A stretch of DNA of 64,000 nucleotides from Azolla caroliniana (GCA_043228905.1 JBHGNT010000015.1:6138001-6202000); one strand, 5' to 3'; positions 1-12,937 are shown, numbered from the stretch's first letter. The notes: generated from the letters alone by a model not told the origin. Numbers and translations: made by a program.

Positions 1-833
1 CCGTCATTCTCTGGATTGCCAGGTCCTGTTCTCCTGCAGCCACTGTAAGTATCTTGGTCTTACGTCGGATCCGATGCCGACCACCGGAGTCTCTAGCCCG
101 GTGTGAGGTGACCCATAGGACCGGTCTTCGTTCTCCGCTTTGTCCCTTTGTACTTCTCCTGGACTTGTCATCGCTCTCCTTGCTGTGCTCCCGCCTCCAT
201 CTTCCATCTCTTTCGGTCTCACGTTGCCACGCAGGCCGATTTGCAGAAGTCTCCTGTCAAGATATGGGGACACCGATTTCGTAACGACTCTCGACGACTC
301 ATCCGGGGCAACCGACCCTTTCAGTGCTATCAGTGGAAAGTATCCGCTCTATGATCGATCAAGCCCTGCTTGGGCTTGATTCTCTAATGTCCGGAGTTTC
401 AGCTCCGATGCCGATCCTGCCGGACTCGTTCTGTACCCTCGATCATCTTCTTCCTGATTCCCGACCTTCACCCATGCGGTCTTTCTCCCCATGTAAATGA
501 GGGCGGTTTGTCCCGCACCCTCTCTCGTACTATCACCGTCGTGCCCCGCTTGGCCTCCGGCTCGATCACGACCGTCTCATCCACGCGCCCCTTTCCTGCT
601 GTGATGTCGTGCCGTCACATGCTACCTTCGTTTCGCATCTGGTTGACCATGCTCTGTGAGCTGCTCGGAGCTCCTCCTCTTTATGCTCGACGGTCGAGCC
701 TTCGGTGAAATTCGTGGGACTCTGTCCCCGTTGTAACGGTCAACTTCTACGACCTCGCCCATCTCGATGCGCCCCTTTTCAACTCTCCTTCTCGAAGTCT
801 TCGGCCTCGAACTCCATCCTCCCTTGCCGCCCT

Positions 834-850
834 TCACATCGGGTTCACCA
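834..850 (-). promoter_or_regulatory. Primer binding site complementary to the tRNA-Trp 3' end
   Basis: Plus strand TCACATCGGGTTCACCA, one mismatch to the eukaryotic tRNA-Trp 3' end TCACGTCGGGTTCACCA, 4 nt from the LTR end. Confidence 0.8.
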
Positions 851-854
851 AAGA

Positions 855-2151
855 TGTCGCAGGAATCCACGCTTCCATGTCGGATCAGGGCGGGACCACC
901 AGGGTCATGGACCAGGAGGGGAGGAGTTGTCGGGGACCTGAATCCTCCGAGGCTAGCCGCGTTGCCGGCCGGTTCAATCCCAGATATTCTCCGAATGCGA
1001 CCAGTAACCGCTGAGGAGGCGAGAGGGTGCACCCTCTTCCTTGCCGCCCCTTTCGCCGGTATGTACAAGGGGCCCAAAAGAGGCACGAGACACTGCCCGG
1101 TTAACCGTGCCCACACACACACACACACATATACACACCCGGTTACAGCCGGCACCTCTACACCAGCGACCACACACGCACACGCTCCTAGACCCTACGT
1201 TAATCAGAGACACACACACCTACACACGCAACGCTCGCTGCGACGCCACTACCACGCGGAGAGGAAGAGGGAGCCTGCATCCTAGAGCCAGTTGGGGAGC
1301 TCTCGGGCTCGTTCGCACAATAGGACCCTCGTGTAGGGCCCCGTCTCTTCCGGAGCGACCGCCTCCTGCGCCAAGCTGCCTTTAGGGAGCGCACGGGCTC
1401 GCTGAACCGAGTGGGGTCTTGCGTGCCAATGAGGGAGACCTGCCTACGAACCACCTAGCGCGCGGGCTTCGCATAAACGACAAAAGCCAGCACCTACACA
1501 CACACTCGCAGACATGCCGGACCATGGAGTGTTGAGAGCCAACGAGCAGGAACTTAGGGAAAGCACAGACAGTCCGCATGCCGCCTACCACAACCGAACA
1601 CACCACCTACGCACGCACATAGAAGACACTGAAACCCTAACAGAAAACAGAGACAACGCACCCCTACACCAAGATGAAGAGAAGACAAAGTATATATATG
1701 AAAAGGGGGGCATCCAACCCCGCTCCGAGCCGGCTTCACTCGGAATAAGAAGAAGAACTTAACCCTAACAGAGCTTTGCCGCCATGGCTGCGGCGCCCCA
1801 CTTCTCAAGAAGGAGTAGGAGAAGAAGAAGACTACCAAGAAGTTACTAACCCTAGAAAATTCTTAACAAAGTGACCCTAAAAGAAAGAGGTATACCCTTA
1901 TGAATCAAAATGGGCAACCCTTTAACCAAGGGCGCTCCATTCCTTTTATAGAACAAGGAGAGGGATGCGTTACAATGTGGGATAATTCCCTTATTACAAG
2001 GGATCCTCTGTCCCGAACTAACTACTGTCCAGCGCCATGATGGCGCCGCGATCATTTACACGATTTGTACAAGGGTGAGTGCACATGCTCCACCCCGCTG
2101 ATTCTTCGGATATTCCCCGGTTTCTCACCATGGCCCAGAATCTTCACGACA
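855..2151 (-). repeat. 5' LTR, about 1297 bp, with CA microsatellites
   Basis: TG...CA termini. Region 1900-2151 aligns by eye to 15190-15388 and 18770-18965. Confidence 0.7.
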
Positions 2152-2170
2152 TCCACCCTCGGTTTCTCAC

Positions 2171-5100
2171 AAGAGTTCTCTATTGCTTCGCGTCTTGTGT
2201 GGGTGAACAGCTTCTGAGCTATATTTGGGATGCGAAAACGCTGAAGGATGCTTGGGGAAATCTGAAAAAGATTTTCACCACAAGCACCACAGCTAGAAAC
2301 CTCCAACTCCAACAGGAGTTGAGCAACTTGCGACAACGTGATTTGTCGATGGCTGATTATACCTCGAAGATCAAAGATATATGCGACTCCTTAGCCTCCA
2401 TCGATGTGAATGTCGAGGAAGGCGAAATGGTGGAGATCTGTCTCGGGGGACTGGCGTCGATGTTCGGAGCGTTCCGAACTGCTGTGTGCACACGGGAGAA
2501 TACGTCGTTGTTTTTCGATGTATAGTCGATGCTTCTTATAGAGGAGAATCACGCGGGTGCGTCCACGAGTACGCACGCTGATAGCAAGATGTTGTACACG
2601 GAGGGAGATAGGCCCTGTGGTTGTGGCGAACGAGGCGAGTCGGTGTGCAATGGAGGCAGCTGACGGGATCAAGGAAGAAGGCACCAAAGTGATGCCAAAA
2701 GCAATTCCGGACCCTCTGGAAACAGGGGGAGTCGAGGTGACGAGAACCGGTAAGGGAAATCCACCGCGGAATGCAGGTATTGTGGCAAGAAAGGACACAA
2801 GGAGGGCGAGTGCTGGAAGAAGCGTGCCGATTCGGAGAAAACCGGATTCGGAGAAAACCAGCAACGATTGCACTACGCCGTAGGATCCAAAAAAGTTGGA
2901 AAGGGGGCAGTCTTCGTGACAAGACACGAAGCGAACTCAATGAAGAAGACCACCCCGAAATCGAACGAGCTGTGGTACGTTGACTCTGGGTCGTCAAACT
3001 ACATGACAAGCCATAAGGAGTGGTTCTCATACCTTGAGAAACCGATGCAACCGGGAGTAGTCACAACACGAGACGACACTCCACATCCGATCGAGAATGT
3101 CGGTGAAGTTCCCCTAAGCCATGTCGGGTAAAAAGGGAAACTCATGAACGTGTTACATGTCCCGACAATCATGAAGAATCTGGTGTCGGTCGGGCAAATC
3201 ATTGACCAGGGGATGCAAGTCTGGTTCACGCATCTCGGGTGCTTCATCGAGGAGGAAGGCCAAGTTATTGCGCAAGGGCGCAAAGACAGGAGGATGTTTA
3301 TCCTCAACACCAATGACGTTGGCACCGCAATGTTCACAAAAGGACAAAAAGTCGAGTCGGACATTGACTTGTGGCACAAGTGGATAGGCCATGTCAACTA
3401 TCAAAGGCTTCAGGACTTGCAATCGAAACAAGTTGTGTTCGGATTGCCCAAATTTAGTGGCCGGAAGGCCCAATTTTGTGAAGCCTGCCAACTAGGAAGC
3501 AACACCGACTTCCTTTCCCCAACGAGCGTAACTGGAGCCGGAACAAGCTCGACTTGATACATTCGGATGTATGGGGGCCGACACAAAACGTTAGTCTTGC
3601 CGGGAGTCAATATTTTGTCTCCTTCATTGACGACTACACGCATCACACGTGGATCTATCTCATTGAAAAGAAGAGCGAAGTCTTCGACTATTTCTGGGAC
3701 CTCAAAAGCTTCGTAGAAAGGGAAACAATGAGAAAGATCATGTGCCTGTGGTCGGATGGCAGAAAAGAGTACTTTTCCGGCCAATTCAATAGTTATCTGC
3801 AACAAATGGGAATTCAGCGCGAATTCAGTTGCAGGTATACACCAGAGAAAAACGATGTAGCCGAAAGGAAAAATCGGTCGGTTGTGGAAGTGGCGCGGGC
3901 AATGTTGGAAGAAAATAGCTTGCCCAAGTTTTATTGGGCCGAAGCGGTACGAACCACAGTCTACATCCAGAATTGGATCGGAAACAAGGTGTCGGCGCAT
4001 GAGCTGTATTTCGGAAGGAAGCCGAATCTACGACACTTGAGAGTTTTTTGTAGCATTGTGTATGTGCATGTGCCGAAGTAGAAATGGAGGAAGTTGGATG
4101 CGAAAGCCGAGAAGTGTATCTTGGTCGGCTATTCAGACGAACAGAAGGGTTATAAGTGTTATAACCCCCGAACCAAACAAGCTCCTGTGAGCCGCGATGT
4201 TGTGTTTGACGAGTTTGCGTCCTATTACTTGCCTCCGAATCTGGACCTCCACTTCAACTATGGACCTCCGGACCCGAGTTCTGTCGATGAGGTTAGCGAG
4301 GTTGACATGACTCTGGATGACCGAGAAATCAAGAACCTCGATGAGAGTCCGATTTCATTTCGACTAAGTGGACCAAAAGAGTGACTGGGTCGGTTTGACC
4401 AGTCCGAAGAAGAGCCGGCAAGTAGTGGAGACTCGGTCGTGCATTCCCCGCGGAAGAAGCCGAGGAGACGGCAAACGTGCAAGGAAAAAGGGAAGAAGAA
4501 GATGCCGGAGTACGACACGGATAAGGACGAGTCGGATCGACGCGAATTCGACTCCGAGAAGAGCGATGACAGGCCTTCGAGAGCGAAGTCTGTGTCGGCC
4601 AAGAAAGCCTCAACATCGACTAATGAGCAAATTGGCGTGCCACAATGGAGGAAGAGATGCGCACATTGGCAGAGAATGAAACCTGGGACCTGGTTGACGC
4701 ACCAAAGGGTGTGAAGTCGATCGGATGTAGGTGGGTGTACACGATCAAGTACAACACCGACGGCTCGGTCAACCGATACAAGGCCCGGTTAGTAGCGAAA
4801 GGCTACGCACAGCAACACAACATCGATTATGATGAGACGTTTGCACCGGTCGCAAAGATGATGATCGTCCGTGTTTTGCTTGCGGTAGCTGCGGCAAAGG
4901 GGTGGCATTTACATCAAATGGATGTCAAGAATGCATTCCTGCAAGGCGAGCTTGAGGAACAGGTGTACATGGTACAACCCCCCGGATTTCACTCCGGAAT
5001 GAACACCTCGGCGGTTTTCCAGTTGAAGAAGTCCCTTTATGGACTAAAGCAAGCGCCGCGTGCTTGGAACGCAAAAATCACGCAGCGATTGCATCGGATG

Positions 5101-6255
5101 GGAATTGCGACGTTCAAATCAAACTCTTCATTGTTCATTCGGAAAGGTCGACTTGGGCCGGCTAGTGTTTTACTTTATGTTGATGACTTGGTCATCACCA
5201 GTGCCGACCTAGGTGAAATTGACCGCGTAAAGCTCCAGCTCGTGGCATCATTTGACATGAAGGACTTGGGGGACCTTCATTACTTCCTCGGGATCAGCCA
5301 ACAGCATTAGGTGTTGTGTATGCTCTTCAAGTTCGGGATGGAAGATTGTAAGTCCGTCTCGACTCCTCTGGATAGAACCGTCAAGCTTCGCCCCGATTCC
5401 AGAAAGGTTTGCAACCCAAAGAGGTTCTGACAGATTGTCGGAAGCCTCATATACTTGACTATCACTCGACCATACATCAATTACCCGGTCGGTGTGATTA
5501 GTCAGTTCATGGTGTGGCCAACCGAGGAGCACCTTCAATGCGCACAACGCGTACTCCAGTACGTTAGTGGCACTATGGACCAGGGGCTACTATATCGAAC
5601 CGATACTGTTGTGCAATTAGTTGGCTACACCTATGCGGATTGGGCCGGAAACGCCGGCGATCGTCAATCCACATTCGGATTCGCGTTCTCTCTGGGGAGC
5701 ACAACAATTGCATGGAGTAGCAAGAAGCAGCCGACAGTTGCACTATCGAGCACTGAAGCCGAGTATAGAGGAGCAGCTGTCACAACATGCAAATCCATCT
5801 AGCTAAAACGACTACTTAAGGATCTGCAGGTGGAGGTGTCCGACCCAATGACGATCTACTGCGACAACCTCAGCAACATCCAATTAGCGAAGAACCCTGT
5901 CTTCCATGCCCGGACTAAGCACATGGAGGTGCACTACCACTTTGTCTGCGAGCGTGTCCTCTCCGGTGAAGTCGAACTTCAGTATGTTCCGATGGATTGG
6001 CAGACTGCCGACATTTTCACCAAGCCCCTTGGTCTCGACAAGTTGCGTCAATTCTCAGCTGCGCTTGGGTTGCGACACCTCGATGTGCCGAACTTGAGGG
6101 GGAGAGAAGTCCCGGAAGACCACGGAAGGGAGCAAGAAAGGAGCGGAAGAGACTGTTACACCGAGTCGAATGACGAATTCGATTTCGGGTCGGCTGAAGA
6201 AGCCCAGGATGGATCCGTGAAAGAGTCTGAAAGCGGACGTAAGGGAAGCAGCTGA
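2171..6255 (+). pseudogene. Copia gag-pol pseudogene with a charged C-terminal extension
   Basis: ORF fragments 2079-2525, 2868-3131, 3144-3557, 3554-4081, 4094-4384, 4645-5310, 5455-5802 and 5830-6255, separated by stops and frameshifts. Confidence 0.9.
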
Positions 6256-6588
6256 AAGAAAGAGCCTAAGCCAACCAAGCATGGGGGAGATGAAGCCAAC
6301 TCAGACGAGAGCGAAAACTGATCGGAGGAAGCTGATTCGGTTTGGATGTTTGATTCGGAGATGCCAAATCAACCGAGGGCCAAGCGGAGGAAAGGGCAGC
6401 CGAAGAGGCGCCAACACCGCGACAGCAAGGGAGCTGAGAAGGGCCACACGAGCACAAAAGCCAACCAGAAGGGTCGAGGCGCACAAAATCGAACAGGACG
6501 AGGAGCGCAAGTGAGGCGTGAAGCCAAAAGAAACCAGAGTGGTGATTCGGAAGAACTAGAAGAGCCTCAAGTTGAGCTTGAGGGGGAG

Positions 6589-6970
6589 TGTTTAGATACA
6601 AGCTCAACATTGGCCAGATCGGCTGTGCAAGCCGAGAACCGGATCGGTTGGGACTGATTGGTTAGGCCGGACCAGTGCGTAAACCGGGTTCGTAAACTGG
6701 TGCGCAACAAGAAGCCGTAACAGTGCGTAAACCGCGAGGCCGTTGGAAAGATATTTCGCGTAGAAATATATTTTGGGAGTTAGTGTAAAGCTAATTTATG
6801 AGCATTGAAGTACGTGTCAATACTTTTCTCAGTCTGTATGGACTTGTATAAAAGTGCCCATTGAGCACATCCTATGTACAGATTGAGTATTATTATTTTG
6901 AATAGAGTTGTGTGTATTGACCCTCTCTCCTTCTCTCTCTCTGTCTCTCCTGCGTACTATGTGTGTCCAA
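6589..6970 (+). repeat. 3' LTR of Copia A, apparently truncated
   Basis: Starts TGTTTAGATACAAGCTCAACAT after the PPT, like the LTR starts of B and E. TATA-like TATAAAA near 6847, then CT repeat. Confidence 0.7.
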
Positions 6971-8240
6971 CCTTCCCATTAAAACTGTGTTTTTTTCTTA
7001 CATTCAGTTTTCTGTTGCTTCCACATGTTGTTCTTTTTACACTGTCCATGGCTCTGCCCCCCCTCATCATTCGGTTGGCTCTTATTTCGGCTCCGTCTTT
7101 TTGTCGCTCCCCATGCAATTGACTAGTCTACACTTAGCCATTCTTCTTCCACTTATCCTCACGTCCGATCCGTTGTCGGCTTTTCAACCGTCCCAGACAT
7201 TCTAGCTTCTTCAGCCGTTCTAAAATCGAATTCCACATTCGATTCGGCTTTTCAGATTTCATCTATCTCACTCTCTCCCTCGATTCTGCTTTGACTTCTC
7301 CCCCTCAAGTTCGGCATGTTGAGATATTGTAACCTAGCATACTTGGAAAGTGTCGCAACTTGTCCAGCTTGAGAGGTTTAGTGAAGATGTCAACCACCTA
7401 CCGATTAGTTGGAACATAGACAAATTCCACTTCACCGGAGAGTACTCTCTCATAGGCAAAATGATAGTGCACCTCAATGTGATTTGTCCGGGTGTGGAAG
7501 ATGAGGTTCTTGGCTAGTTGAATGTTGTTGAGGTTGGCATAGTACATCAGGGCCGGTTCAGACACCTCCACCTGCAGATCTTTCAACAACCATTTTAGCC
7601 ACATGGCTTCCCAGGTTGCGACTGTCGCTTCTCTATACCCAGCCTCAATGCTTGATAGTGCCATTGTCGGCTGTGTTTTGCTGCACCAGGCGATCACGAC
7701 ACTCCCAAGTGAAAATGCATATCCGGATGTAGACCTATGATCACCCACATTTCCAACCCAATCGGCATCCATGTAGCCGACCAACTATCCACCTACACCA
7801 GTCCATTATAGCAATACTCTATCCTTTGTGCCGCTCACATATCTCAAGATCCGTTGCATGTACTGAAGGTGATCAATTGAGGGTTGTGACATAAAGTAAT
7901 TTATCAGTCCTACTAGATAGCTCAAGTCATGTCGGGTGATAGTCAAATATATGAGGCTTCTGACAATCTGTTGGAATCGTGTCGGGTCGCACGTCGTTCC
8001 TGATCCTTGGAGAAGCTTGACGTTTCGGCCTAGAGGAGTTGTGACGGATTTACAATCCATCATTCCAAACTTGAAGAGCATACTTAATACATAGTGTCGT
8101 TGACTGATCAATATGCCTTCCGGGGTGCGGATCACTTCGATCCCAAGGAAATAATGAAGGTCTCCCAAGTCCTTCATTTCGAACGATGCCACGAACTGAG
8201 ACTTGACTCAGTGGATTTCCTCTAGGTCGGCGCCGGTGAT

Positions 8241-8853
8241 TGTAATGAATAGATCCTTCTATTCCTTTCTTCCCTCGGCCACAACCGATTAATCGCGGAT
8301 CAATGGAGCAGAAAATAGGAAACACACGTAGAAACAAAACGAAGAAACGCGAGTACACAAGGATTAACGTGGAAAACCCTATATGGGAAAAACCACGGGA
8401 GTGCGAGACTCCAAACCAAAACTATGCACAGAGAGATTTACAATGGCGAGCTGCAAGGCAACGACCTTGAGCTCGCTTCCTTCGCCACAGGCGGCGGTGT
8501 TACACAGAGGCGTCGACCTCTTCCTCTCTCGCGCTCTCTCTCTCTCACGGCTGCTCTCTCTTCACTCCTCTAAAGTGGAAAAACAGAAAAATGAGAAGCA
8601 ACCGCAAAAACTGTTTGCCCTAAGTCATATTTATACATATATGACTTTGGGCTATTTACAACTGTAGCCTCAAGGGCCCATAGCGAACATATTCACGGAT
8701 ATGTCCCTGCATCCGGATCTCTTCTTCGGGTACATTCGCCATCCGACTCTGAAGTCGGAGTCTTCATCATCCGGATCCGAAACCGAAACCGGGCTTGTCG
8801 GCATTCACCTTCGACATCCGACCATCCCATACGAAGGGACCGAAATCCCAACA
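8241..8853 (-). repeat. 3' LTR of element C
   Basis: TGTAATG...CCCAACA, adjacent to the PPT. Confidence 0.95.
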
Positions 8854-8863
8854 AACTCCCCCT

Positions 8864-11800
8864 TCACTTCGGCATGGGATGTCTCTCCAATCCGATCCTC
8901 TTCCGGCATGCTTCCAGCTTGTCGGGTGTGAGCACCTTGGTCAGCATATCCGACCCGTTCTCGTCGGTGTGGATCTTCGTCAGCACAAACTCCTTGTCTT
9001 CTATCCGTTCCCGGATCCAGTGGTATCTACGCTGGATGTGTTTTGTCCGGGAGTGATAGGCTGCGTTCTTCGCGAGGTGGATGGCACTCTGACTATCGCA
9101 GTAGAGTCGGTACTCCTCTTGCCGGATACCGAGCTCTCTAATGAAGTCCTTCATCCATATTATTTCCTTGCCGGCTTCAACAGCCGCCATGTACTCCGCC
9201 TCCGTGGTTGACAACGCAACCGTCTTCTGCAGCCTCGACTGCCATGAAACAGCTCCCCCTGCATACGTCATCACATACCCTGATGTGGACCGGCTGGTAT
9301 CTGCATCAGCCGACATATCCGAATCGGTGAAACCGTCGAGTTCGGGCTTACCGGAGCCGAATCGGAGGCACACGTTTGCTGTGCCCTTCAAGTATCGGAG
9401 TATCCACTTGACCGCGTTCCAGTGCTCCTTGCCGGGATTGCTCATGTACCGGCTCACCACTCCGACTGCGTATCCTATGTCCGGTCTTGTACACACCATG
9501 GCGTACATCAAGCTCCCGACGGCTGAGGCATACGGCACTTTCATCATATCCTCCTTCTCAGCCTTTGTCTTGGGACTTTGCTTGCTGGACAGCTTGCAGT
9601 TTGCCGGGAGGGTCGATCCGACCGGTCTTGCTTCCGACATGTTGAACCGGTGAAGCACCTTCGTCACGTACTTCTCTTGTGACAGCCACAGCTGCTTCTT
9701 CTTCCGGTCCCGGATGATGTGCATCCCTAGTATTTGCCTCGCCGGACCCAGGTCCTTCATTGAGAAGGTTCGGTGAAGAGCCTTCTTCAGCATCCGTATC
9801 TTGACCTGGTCCCGTCCGACGATCAACATGTCGTCCACGTACAGGAGGAGTATTAGAAAGTCTCCTCCTTCGAACTTCTTCACAAACACGCAGTGGTCGG
9901 ACTGCGTTTTGAGGTACCCTTCGTCGGTCATGAAGGAGTCGAACTTCCGGTACCATTGCCGGGGAGCCTGCTTTAGTCCGTAAAGGCTCTTCTTCAACCG
10001 GCATACCAGGTGCTCCTTCCCTTCCTTCTCGAATCCTTCCGGTTGCTGCATGTAGATCTCTTCATCGAGGTCGCCGTGAAGGAATGCCGTCTTCACGTCC
10101 ATCTGTTCTACCTCGAGGTCCATGCTTGCCGCTATGCTCAGCACCGTCCGGATGGAGGTCATCTTTACTACCGGGGCAAATATTTCGTCGAAGTCGACGC
10201 CCTTCTTCTGCTGGAACCCCTTCACCACGATCCTGGCTTTGTATCTAGGGGGGTTTCCGGCATCTCCCGGTTTCAGCTTGAACACCCACTTGTTTCGAAG
10301 TGCCCGCTTTCCTTTCGGCAACTCCACAAGTTCATATGTGTGGTTCTCATGCAGGGAGTCCATCTCGTCCTGCATGGCAATCAACCACCTGCGGCTCTGG
10401 GTGTCATGTTTTGCTTCTTCAAAGCTCTCCGGCTCCCCCTCGTCGGTTAGCAGCACGTGCTCTGGTTCCGGAAATCTCCGGGGGGCCCTTCTCTCCCTTA
10501 GAGGATATCTCCGTTCCGGAGCTTCGGTAACCGGTTCTTCCGATTCTTCTTCATCCGAATCCATTTCGGGATCGGGGCCGGTTCCGGTATCATTTTCATC
10601 TTCTTCGGCCGGTTCTGTTTCTTCACCATCTTCGGCCGGATCCTCGAGTGCTAATCGGTCCCTTGCCGGTCGGGACTGCTCCTCGTAGAGTTGATCCTCA
10701 CCGGTCGACTCGGAGCTCTTCATCTTCTTCTCCGACTCCCAGTCGGCGAGTGTCTTGTTCTCCATGAAGATGATATCACGACTCCGGAAAATCTTCTTGT
10801 CGACCGGGTCCCATACTCGGTAGCCGAACTCGTCGTCGCCGTAACCGAGGAATATGCATGGCCGGGTCTTCGGATCTAGCTTTCCTCTCCGGTCCTTCGC
10901 CACATGCACATATGTGAGACACCCGAACACCTTCAGATGCCGGTAAGATACTTCCCTACCGGTCCACACTCTCTGCGGCGTGTCTCCGTCCAAAGGTACT
11001 GAGGGTGATCGGTTTATCACGTACGTCGCCGTCGACATTGCCTCAGCCCAAAATCCCTTGGGTAATTTCGCATGCGCCAGCATACTCCGGACCCTCTCCA
11101 TTATGGTCCGGTTCATCCTCTCGGCCAGCCCGTTCAGTTCCGGCGTCTTCGGCACAGTAAATTCGAGTCGGATTCCCTTCGAGCGACAGTACTCCTGGAA
11201 CTGCCCTCGGTATTCCCCTCCGTTATCCGCTCGTATCGCTTTCAGCTTCTTGCCGGATTCCCTTTCCAACCTCGCGTGGAGTTCTTTGAAGACGGACAGT
11301 ACTTGGTCCTTTGTCTTCAAAGGTGCCGTCCACAGTCTTCGGCTGTGGTCATCTATGAATGTTACGAAGTACTGGGCTCCGCCATGTGACTTCGTTTCTA
11401 CCTGACACACGTCGGTGTGCACCAACTCCAATGGTGCGCTACGTCTCGTCGGTGGCCTTGAGTGGAAGGAGGTTCGGTTCTGCTTACCGGCCAGGCAATC
11501 GGTGCACTTCTCCAGGTGCACATGCTTCACTGGAATGAGGTTGTCTTCTGCAAGCCTCTTCATCCCCTTCTCACTCATGTGGCACAGTCTTTTGTGCCAC
11601 AGCTCACCGGCAGTGTCGGCTGCCACATTCAGCTCTTCCGGACATAACCGGGCATTAATCAGGTATAGTGTGTTGACCTTCCGGGCCCGAGCCACTATCA
11701 GGCTCCCCTTGCTGAACTTCATGACACCGTTCCGGATGCTACCCGTGTAGCCTTCATCGTCTAGCCTTCCGGCCGAAATCAGGTTCAATCGAACCTCCGG

Positions 11801-12937
11801 AACGTGTCGGACATCCTTCAGCAGCATTTTGCATCCGGTCGGGGTTGTCAGCCACACGTCTCCGATGCCGGCAATCCGGCACGTACCTTCATTTCCCATC
11901 CGAACACAGCCATGCTCACCGGCTGTGTAGGATGAGAAGTATCTTCTCTCCGGGGTCAGGTGGAAGGATGCTCCGGAATCGACCACCCAGGTCGTCTCAT
12001 CGCCGGCAATGTTTAGCTCTCCTTCTTCGGTGATGAGCATGATTTCTTCTTCACTTGCCGCGAGTGCCGTTGTTCCTTTCCGGTCCTGCCCTCGCCGATC
12101 CGAACCTCTCCGGTCCGTGGCTCCCCGGTACGCACCGTTTCTCTCTGGTGACTTCTTCGAATCGGTGTCGTCGGCTCCGTTGTCTTTTCGGTAATGCCGA
12201 CAATTCTTTCGGAAGTGCCCCGGCTTCCCACAGTGGAAGCATGTGGGTCTTCCTCTTGACTGCGACCGGGTCCCCGACTTCTCCCGTCTTTGCGGACTCC
12301 GGTTCCATTGTCTTCCCCGATCCGATTCGGTAAACAACATCTTCGGGTCGGAGGTCGGTTCCTTATCTCTCCGACGCGCTTCTTCATTCAAAATACTTGT
12401 CTTTACCGTTTGTAAGGACAAGTTATCTTCGGTGCAGGAGGTGCTGAGAGTCACCACCAAGTTCTCCCAGCTTTCTGGCAATGTACACATCAGGATGATG
12501 GCTTGCATTGCATCCTCCAACGGGAACTTGATCGCCGCAAGCTGGTTCACGAATCCCATGAACGTGCTTACGTGTTCCACCATACTCTCGCCGTCCCGGT
12601 ACTTGAGATTCACAATCTTCCTCATCAGGGAGGTTCGGTTCAACGCATTCTTCCTCTCGTAGAGGCCCGACAGCTTCTTCCACATCTCATATGCGTTGGT
12701 GTCGTTCGCCACATGTTGTAGGACGCTTACATCGACATATTGTCGGATCGTCGCTACGGCTTTCCGGTTCAGGAGCTTCCACTCCGACTCAAGTACCCCT
12801 TTCGGTATTTCCGACCTGTCAATCGGTTCGTACAGGTCCCGAACGATCAGAAGATCCTCCATCTTGATCTTCCAGTCGGCGTAATTCTGTGCATTCAGCA
12901 CCATCATCATCGGCTGCCCGCTGCCGCCGCCTTCCAT
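8864..12937 (-). CDS. Copia gag-pol polyprotein, 1357 aa from MEGGGSG
   Basis: CFHCGKPGHFRKNC zinc knuckle, WVVDSGAS protease, HTDV/DNGGEY integrase, LYVDD RT, HSRTKHI RNase H, no stops. The first 49 codons of the listed ORF lie in the LTR, PBS and leader. Confidence 0.95.
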   Translation of the reverse strand: MEGGGSGQPMMMVLNAQNYADWKIKMEDLLIVRDLYEPIDRSEIPKGVLESEWKLLNRKAVATIRQYVDVSVLQHVANDTNAYEMWKKLSGLYERKNALNRTSLMRKIVNLKYRDGESMVEHVSTFMGFVNQLAAIKFPLEDAMQAIILMCTLPESWENLVVTLSTSCTEDNLSLQTVKTSILNEEARRRDKEPTSDPKMLFTESDRGRQWNRSPQRREKSGTRSQSRGRPTCFHCGKPGHFRKNCRHYRKDNGADDTDSKKSPERNGAYRGATDRRGSDRRGQDRKGTTALAASEEEIMLITEEGELNIAGDETTWVVDSGASFHLTPERRYFSSYTAGEHGCVRMGNEGTCRIAGIGDVWLTTPTGCKMLLKDVRHVPEVRLNLISAGRLDDEGYTGSIRNGVMKFSKGSLIVARARKVNTLYLINARLCPEELNVAADTAGELWHKRLCHMSEKGMKRLAEDNLIPVKHVHLEKCTDCLAGKQNRTSFHSRPPTRRSAPLELVHTDVCQVETKSHGGAQYFVTFIDDHSRRLWTAPLKTKDQVLSVFKELHARLERESGKKLKAIRADNGGEYRGQFQEYCRSKGIRLEFTVPKTPELNGLAERMNRTIMERVRSMLAHAKLPKGFWAEAMSTATYVINRSPSVPLDGDTPQRVWTGREVSYRHLKVFGCLTYVHVAKDRRGKLDPKTRPCIFLGYGDDEFGYRVWDPVDKKIFRSRDIIFMENKTLADWESEKKMKSSESTGEDQLYEEQSRPARDRLALEDPAEDGEETEPAEEDENDTGTGPDPEMDSDEEESEEPVTEAPERRYPLRERRAPRRFPEPEHVLLTDEGEPESFEEAKHDTQSRRWLIAMQDEMDSLHENHTYELVELPKGKRALRNKWVFKLKPGDAGNPPRYKARIVVKGFQQKKGVDFDEIFAPVVKMTSIRTVLSIAASMDLEVEQMDVKTAFLHGDLDEEIYMQQPEGFEKEGKEHLVCRLKKSLYGLKQAPRQWYRKFDSFMTDEGYLKTQSDHCVFVKKFEGGDFLILLLYVDDMLIVGRDQVKIRMLKKALHRTFSMKDLGPARQILGMHIIRDRKKKQLWLSQEKYVTKVLHRFNMSEARPVGSTLPANCKLSSKQSPKTKAEKEDMMKVPYASAVGSLMYAMVCTRPDIGYAVGVVSRYMSNPGKEHWNAVKWILRYLKGTANVCLRFGSGKPELDGFTDSDMSADADTSRSTSGYVMTYAGGAVSWQSRLQKTVALSTTEAEYMAAVEAGKEIIWMKDFIRELGIRQEEYRLYCDSQSAIHLAKNAAYHSRTKHIQRRYHWIRERIEDKEFVLTKIHTDENGSDMLTKVLTPDKLEACRKRIGLERHPMPK

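Larger units (their letters stand above)
1..2151 (-). mobile_element. 5' part of a tRNA-Trp-primed Gypsy-like LTR element with a decayed gag-like region; continues off the left edge
   Basis: LTR 855-2151 (TGTCG...CACGACA). Both LTR ends and the leader resemble element D (14816-18965). Gag-like remnant EVVEVDRYNGDRVPRI parallels VVDRVGRFNEDDVPRF in D. Confidence 0.75.
2171..6970 (+). mobile_element. Copia element A, decayed, 5' end missing
   Basis: Order gag (RVLYCFASCV, zinc knuckle) - protease (WYVDSG) - integrase (HSDVWG) - RT (YKARLVAKG, LYVDD) - RNase H. PPT GAGGGGGAG, then LTR start TG at 6589. Right boundary is approximate. Confidence 0.9.
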
